A stretch of DNA of 64,000 nucleotides, taken from NCBI GenBank assembly GCA_963770565.1, contig CAVYQE010000011.1, positions 672,001-736,000 on the forward strand. Reading direction: 5' to 3'. The notes beneath the pieces were generated by a model. The model was not told the origin of the DNA. It did no database searches and saw only the letters and a list, made by a program, of their open reading frames with translations. Source of the stretch: an uncultured Actinomycetota bacterium. Its GTDB lineage: Bacteria; Actinomycetota; Actinomycetes; JAFAQI01. Position 1 is the first letter of the stretch. The number at the start of each line of letters is the position of its first letter. The position numbers and the translations under genes were made by a program. This document shows positions 58,998-64,000 of the stretch, one piece after another.

Positions 58998-60231
58998 TCG
59001 AGCCCCAGTCCCAGTCGTCCGCCGGCGAAAGGGTGGTGAGCTCGGGCACCGGAACGCTCCCGGGGTATTTGATCCCGTTGCCCGTGCTGATGACCATGAC
59101 GACGTCGCGAGGGTCGATCCAGCCGGACTCCCGGAGTTGCGCGACCGCCGCCAGCGCAACCCCGGTTTCGGGACAGACGAGCAATCCTTGCGTTCGCGCA
59201 TACTGCTGCTGAGCGCGAAGGGCGGCGTCGTCGTCGACGGCGACCGCCACGCCTTCGGTCTCCCTGATGGCCTGCAGGATGAGCCGGTCCCCGAGCGGCT
59301 TCGGGACGTTGATGCCGAACGCCGCGGTGTGCGCTCCGACCCAGGGCTCGCAGTGGTCCGCGCCCGCGTCGAATGCACGCACGACCGGTGCGCAACCGGT
59401 GGCTTGGGCGGCGACGAGGCGGGGGGCCGGGCCATCGATCAGGCCCATTTCCCTGAGCTCGCCGAGCGCCTTGTGGATCCCGATCAGGCCGACGCCGCCG
59501 CCGGTCGGGTAGACGACGACGTCGGGCGTCTTCCCTTCGAGCTGTTCGACGAACTCGAGCGCGATCGTCTTCTTGCCCTCGATCCGGTAGGGCTCCTTCA
59601 GGGTCGACGCGTCGTACAGGCCCGGCGTGCTCGACACGGCACGCGCGACGATCGCGCCCGCATCGCTGATCAGACCATTGACCAGCGCCACAGAGGCTCC
59701 GGTCGCGAGACATTCGACCCGGGTGATGAAGGGCGCGTCGAGCGGCATCACCACGCCGAGCTCGAGCCGATGCAGCGCCGCGTACGCCGCCCAGGCCGCG
59801 CCGGCGTTTCCGTTGGTCGGCATGATCATCCGCCGGACTCCGAGCTCGGCGGCGCGCGCGACCCCGACGGCTGCGCCACGGGCCTTGAATGTCCCCGTCG
59901 GCAGGACGCCGTCGTCCTTGACGAGCAGCCGCGGGACACCGAGCTCGCGGCCCAGTCTGTCCGCGGCGTGCAATGGCGTCATGCCCTCCCCGAAGCCGAG
60001 CCGGTACGTCGCGCCCCGGACCGGCAGTAACTCGGCGTAGCGCCAGAGCGTGGAAGCGCGGTCGGCCAGCGCCTCCGCGGTCATGCTCGCGCAAGCTTGC
60101 TCCAGGTCATAACGCGCCAGCAGCGGTGCGTCGCAGGCCGGACAAAGGTGTTGGATCGAGTCCGGCGGGAGCTCCGTCGTACACCGTGAGCACTGCAACC
60201 CGGTCAGTGTCGATGGTGGCGGCGTAGGCAA
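58990..60231 (-). CDS. Threonine synthase-like PLP enzyme with N-terminal Zn ribbon
   Basis: CSRC..CPAC, GEGMTPL, PTGTFKARG, PTGGGVG, TGNGIK. Confidence 0.9.
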   Translation of the reverse strand: MPTPPPSTLTGLQCSRCTTELPPDSIQHLCPACDAPLLARYDLEQACASMTAEALADRASTLWRYAELLPVRGATYRLGFGEGMTPLHAADRLGRELGVPRLLVKDDGVLPTGTFKARGAAVGVARAAELGVRRMIMPTNGNAGAAWAAYAALHRLELGVVMPLDAPFITRVECLATGASVALVNGLISDAGAIVARAVSSTPGLYDASTLKEPYRIEGKKTIALEFVEQLEGKTPDVVVYPTGGGVGLIGIHKALGELREMGLIDGPAPRLVAAQATGCAPVVRAFDAGADHCEPWVGAHTAAFGINVPKPLGDRLILQAIRETEGVAVAVDDDAALRAQQQYARTQGLLVCPETGVALAAVAQLRESGWIDPRDVVMVISTGNGIKYPGSVPVPELTTLSPADDWDWGSIT

Positions 60232-60475
60232 GGCAGGTCCCTACTCAAATCGGATGAGGACGGTTGGGCGGCCTCATCGAGAAGTTAGCGGTCGACGCCG
60301 CGGAGCGCGCGCGAACCCCGGCGCGATCGTCCTCAACCCAACGCACCGGGGCGCATAGGCGTCAACCGCAGGGGAAGAACGACGACGACCACCCGGTCGA
60401 CACTGGAACGAGATCGAGGAGAGCGCCCTGACGACGGCCTTGTGGAGTGCAGACCCGCGCGTGGACAACGGGCCT

Positions 60476-61708
60476 ATGCCGGCGATCGCCCACAGGCTCA
60501 AGTCGCGGCTCGAACCGCTCGGGACGTTCGCGACCCGGCTCGACCCGACAGCGAACAGCCTCAACGCGATTCGGCTCGTCCTGGCCGCGACGGTGATCGT
60601 GTCGCACTCGTGGTCAATCGGGCGCTACGGCCGCGCGCCGACCCTGGGCGGCTTCACGCCGGGCGGCTGGGCGGTCGACGCCTTCTTCGTGCTCAGTGGC
60701 TACCTGATCACCGGTAGTCGGCTGAACAACAGCTTGGTGTCCTACCTCAGGCGGCGTGTGCTGCGGATCTACCCAGGGTTCGTGGTGTGCCTGCTCAGCG
60801 TGGTGATCATCTTCGCGCCGATCGGCTACCTCCATCTCCATCACACGTTGCGGGGCTACGCCTCGACCCCCAATTCTCCGATCCGGTACCTGTTGGCCAA
60901 CCTCGGTCTCAAGATGCATCTGCCGGCAGTGGCGGGCACGCCCGGTGGTGGCCGGGCGTGGGCAGGCACGCTGTGGACGTTGTACTTCGAGTTCCTGTGC
61001 TACCTGATCGTGGGCCTCGTGGCGTGCTGGGGTGCCTTCCGCCGCCGTCCGATCATCGCGGCGCTGATGCTGGCTGTTGCTACTACGGTCAGCTTCCAGA
61101 ACGACCACGTCGGCCATCACACCGACACCTCCAACCTGATCCGGCTGTTGCCGTTCTTCCTCGCCGGTTCGGTGGTCTATCTGCTGCGCGACCGGATCCC
61201 GTGCACGTGGTGGCTGGCCGTGACCTGTGCGGCGGCGCTGGTTGTCGTACCGGACTGCGGCCCACGGTTCGTCGTCATCTGCGCCCTGCCGCTGACCTAC
61301 CTGTTGCTCTATCTCGGTGCCGTCGTCCCGATCGCGTTGGGCCGCCGCAATGACATCTCGTACGGCCTCTACATGTACGGGTACCCCGTCCAGGAGGCCG
61401 TCCGCTACCTCCACTTCTCGTCCCAGCTGTTGTTCATCGCCGCCTCGATCGGCGCCACCATCCCGCTGGCCGTGGCCTCCTGGTTCATCGTCGAGCACCC
61501 GGCAATGGGCTGGGCGTCGGCCAAGCCGCGGCCGATGCCGGCGGTGCGACAACTCAACGAACCGCGGGCGTCAGTGACCGCCGTGCTCGCTTGGTCAACG
61601 GGCGGCGGGCCACGCGGTCGGAGTCGCGGCGATCCTCAGTGGTCCAGAACGCTCCGGGCGCGAGCCGCCGTACGTCGAGATGCAGGCGCTCCTCGTCGCG
61701 GCGGTTGA
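60476..61708 (+). CDS. Acyltransferase 3 (OafA-like) membrane protein
   Basis: N..R..LA..VI.SH, VD.FF.LSGYLI, RR.LRIYP, LWTL..E..CY, ISYG.Y.Y, SW..VE. Confidence 0.92.
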   Translation: MPAIAHRLKSRLEPLGTFATRLDPTANSLNAIRLVLAATVIVSHSWSIGRYGRAPTLGGFTPGGWAVDAFFVLSGYLITGSRLNNSLVSYLRRRVLRIYPGFVVCLLSVVIIFAPIGYLHLHHTLRGYASTPNSPIRYLLANLGLKMHLPAVAGTPGGGRAWAGTLWTLYFEFLCYLIVGLVACWGAFRRRPIIAALMLAVATTVSFQNDHVGHHTDTSNLIRLLPFFLAGSVVYLLRDRIPCTWWLAVTCAAALVVVPDCGPRFVVICALPLTYLLLYLGAVVPIALGRRNDISYGLYMYGYPVQEAVRYLHFSSQLLFIAASIGATIPLAVASWFIVEHPAMGWASAKPRPMPAVRQLNEPRASVTAVLAWSTGGGPRGRSRGDPQWSRTLRARAAVRRDAGAPRRGG

Positions 61709-61774
61709 TCACGACGAACAGCACGGTGACCGGGACGGCGCGGCTGCGACGCGCGGGCCACGGCAAGACTGGCG

Positions 61775-62248
61775 CTACGCCTCGTTGCCCGCTCCCGTGG
61801 CGGCTCCGTCGACGAGCGCCTGGAGATCGATGGTCGGGGTGTGTCGCTGTGCAGCCAGCGCGACGTACGTCTGGCCGAGGGCGTCCTTCGCCGCACCGAG
61901 GATGGTGCTGACCAGCGCCAGGTCGCGGGCGAGGTCCGCGGACGATTCACTGGCGACGATGTGGCTCCAGACCGCTTCCTCGAGCACGTTGATCGCGGTC
62001 TGCACCTCGGCCAGGCTGAATCCGGCCTCGAACCGCTCGCGCGCGATGACGTCGACCTTCTGCGTCATCGCGAGGGTGCTCGGCTGGCGCGTGCACTCGA
62101 TGAGGACGCCGTACAGCTCGCCCAGCTTCATCGCGATGAACGGCGGCCCGGCCTGACGGTAGTGGTCGGCACGCGCGCGGGCGAGCGCCGACTCGGCTGT
62201 TTGCAGGATGCCCGGTCCGGCGCTTTCCAGGTCGGCGGCAAGGTCCAT
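61775..62248 (-). CDS. All-helical protein (RsbRD-N/globin-sensor-like layout)
   Basis: ARER.EAGFSL.EVQ.A...LEEAVW; DosR-like box upstream. Confidence 0.65.
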   Translation of the reverse strand: MDLAADLESAGPGILQTAESALARARADHYRQAGPPFIAMKLGELYGVLIECTRQPSTLAMTQKVDVIARERFEAGFSLAEVQTAINVLEEAVWSHIVASESSADLARDLALVSTILGAAKDALGQTYVALAAQRHTPTIDLQALVDGAATGAGNEA

Positions 62249-62284
62249 GCTCGCAGTGTTGCGCGCCTCCAGGCGAGTTGTGCA

Positions 62285-62298
62285 GGGACCAACGTCCC
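62285..62298. promoter_or_regulatory. DosR/DevR-like box
   Basis: GGGACCAACGTCCC palindrome 37-50 bp upstream of 62248. Confidence 0.65.
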
Positions 62299-62331
62299 GA
62301 CTTCGGCGCGATGCCTCCTGTCGGGGAGCGG

Positions 62332-62637
62332 TTAGTGCTCGGTGACGACGTTCAGGTCGATGAACTCGGGCGGCCCTTCGAAGATGTCCGCCATCAGTTC
62401 TCGGATGGACGCCAGCTGATCAGCGCGGTTCGGGTCGTTCTCTCTCGCGCGGGCGCGCTCCTCGCTCTCGAAGACGACGAGCGTGCAGACCCGGCTCGGG
62501 TCGTTCTGGTCGCGCATCATCGTCGAGCGGACGAGCCCTGACCCCGGCTGCTCCGCCGCTTGCAGCTGGCTGGCCAACTCGGGCAGGTCGTCGCCCTTGC
62601 CCGGCTTCAAGCGCATCGTGATGAGCTGTGCCCACAT
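62332..62637 (-). CDS. ABM/Dabb-family dimeric alpha-beta barrel protein
   Basis: KPGK, PG.GL, D..DP...LVVFESEE.A, GPP; RBS AAGGAG. Confidence 0.8.
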   Translation of the reverse strand: MWAQLITMRLKPGKGDDLPELASQLQAAEQPGSGLVRSTMMRDQNDPSRVCTLVVFESEERARARENDPNRADQLASIRELMADIFEGPPEFIDLNVVTEH

Positions 62638-62858
62638 GGCGGTGCTCCTTCGCTGGAATGAACCGATCCGCGGTGCACTGCGCGGCACTGCGGTGCTGGG
62701 TAAGCCGCCCGACCCTATTGGCGTCCCGGCAGTCTGTCGACGGGGAGCCACGCCGGTCCGCGGTGGGTGGGCGCTTGCGGGAGTTCGCATTGGTCCTCCG
62801 GGCGCCGTCGGCATGGCTAGAGTGACGCCACGGATCGGCTTGGTCTGGGGGGACCGCG

Positions 62859-64000
62859 ATGGTCACGCTTTCGGGGCGCACGCTAGGCGCTGCCGTCTCA
62901 GCTGTGGTGCTGGCCGGTGCGGTGGCGCCGGTTGGGACCGGCACAACCGCGCGGGCGAGCACCCCGGTCACGGCTTCGGCCGAGTCGGCGACCCGGTCCG
63001 GCGCGGCCACTCCAACAGTGCCGTCGACCGGCCACTTTCATGCGTTGCGGGCGCCGGCCCGCGCGGTCTCCCGCGCGTTCGCCGCTGGATCGGTTCGGAC
63101 CTTCACGATCGCCGGCCGTCGCGGGCTGCCCGCGCATGGAATCCGCGCGGTTGCCCTGACGGTGACGGCTGCGCCCACGTCGGGGCTCAGCCAACTGTGG
63201 GTCGGTAGCGCCGCGAAGCGGCCCAGCGTCCCGACCCTTGAAGCCGGCAAGGGCACCACGTCGGCGTTCGCGATCGTGCCGCTGACATCGTCGGGACGGC
63301 TACGGATCTGGAACGGCGCGCATCAGACTCGAATGACCGTGGACATCACCGGGTGGTTCTCGGCGAGATCCGAGGCCGGGACTGCGGGGTTGTTCAGCCG
63401 CCTCGCCGGACGCCAGGTCGCGACGATGAAGGTGCCGGCCCACAAGGCGCGTGCGGTCCGGCTCGACCGGAAGCAGGACGTGCCGAGCAAGGACGTCGGA
63501 TCCTTGCTGTTGCGGATCCGCACCACCGGCGCGAAGCGCGGCGGCCTGCTTGGAATCGGGTCGGTGCTGTCGGCGGCTACCCACGTGACCAGCCTGGCGT
63601 ACGGCGTCGGCTCGTCGGAGGACCTTGCCGTGACGGCGCTGAACCGCGCGGGCAAGGTCGTCGTACGAAACTCCGGGTCGAAGCCGCTCACCGTGTCGCT
63701 CGACGCGATGGGCTGGTTCAGCGCCGGGACGGACAAGCATGCGTTCGGCGATGTGCTGTCGGTCACGCGCGGCGCAAAGGTGCTGTCCGGCCGGCGGGTG
63801 GGCGGATCAGCGATCGCAACCAAGGTGACCCAGGCCGGTGGGATTCCCGCGGTCGGAGCGGGAGCCGCGCCGACGATGGTCCTGGTCAGCGCGGTTGCTA
63901 CTGCGCCGACTAAGAGCGGCTCGCTCACGGTCGAGCCCGACCACGCGAGTGCGACCCGGTTCTCCTCGCTCGAGCTGCGGGCGCACAAGGCGCGGGCTGG
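62859..64000 (+). CDS. Large secreted protein with repeated actinobacterial extracellular beta domains (3'-truncated by window)
   Basis: MVTLSGRTLGAAV... signal peptide; IAGRRGLPAHGIRAVALTVT, VDITGWF and LDAMGWF repeats; no stop seen before window end. Confidence 0.75.
   Translation, partial: MVTLSGRTLGAAVSAVVLAGAVAPVGTGTTARASTPVTASAESATRSGAATPTVPSTGHFHALRAPARAVSRAFAAGSVRTFTIAGRRGLPAHGIRAVALTVTAAPTSGLSQLWVGSAAKRPSVPTLEAGKGTTSAFAIVPLTSSGRLRIWNGAHQTRMTVDITGWFSARSEAGTAGLFSRLAGRQVATMKVPAHKARAVRLDRKQDVPSKDVGSLLLRIRTTGAKRGGLLGIGSVLSAATHVTSLAYGVGSSEDLAVTALNRAGKVVVRNSGSKPLTVSLDAMGWFSAGTDKHAFGDVLSVTRGAKVLSGRRVGGSAIATKVTQAGGIPAVGAGAAPTMVLVSAVATAPTKSGSLTVEPDHASATRFSSLELRAHKARA

Noticed and set aside
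60253-60278. GATGAGG...CCTCATC hairpin upstream of the thrC-like gene as a riboswitch
   Set aside because: No SAM, T-box or other riboswitch consensus recognised; only a single stem

Overview
High-GC actinobacterial chromosomal window with about 65 CDS. I saw no rRNA, tRNA or CRISPR array. The left third (1-21.7 kb) looks like a coordinated hypoxia/fermentation island. It holds the end of a V/A-type ATPase operon, aldolase, gap, a four-gene pyruvate:acceptor oxidoreductase operon, phosphoketolase and acetate kinase. It also holds homologues of DosR-regulon genes (DUF1918, Rv2004c-like, Acg) and two paralogous ~70-aa orphan proteins. Most of its promoter regions carry a GGGAC-N4-GNCCC (DosR/DevR-like) palindrome, and one more copy lies at 62.3 kb. 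An intact IS630 splits one of these operons. The remainder is accessory cargo: an ATP-grasp/NylB-like/C45 cluster, an amidase-NCS1-ureohydrolase operon, an ECF sigma/anti-sigma pair with visible target promoters, a VOC-redox cluster, a Cys leader peptide with CDO and rhodanese, and many secreted proteins, including an apparent dead-nuclease/SGNH/FnIII fusion. All product calls come from motifs read by eye; no database searches were run.
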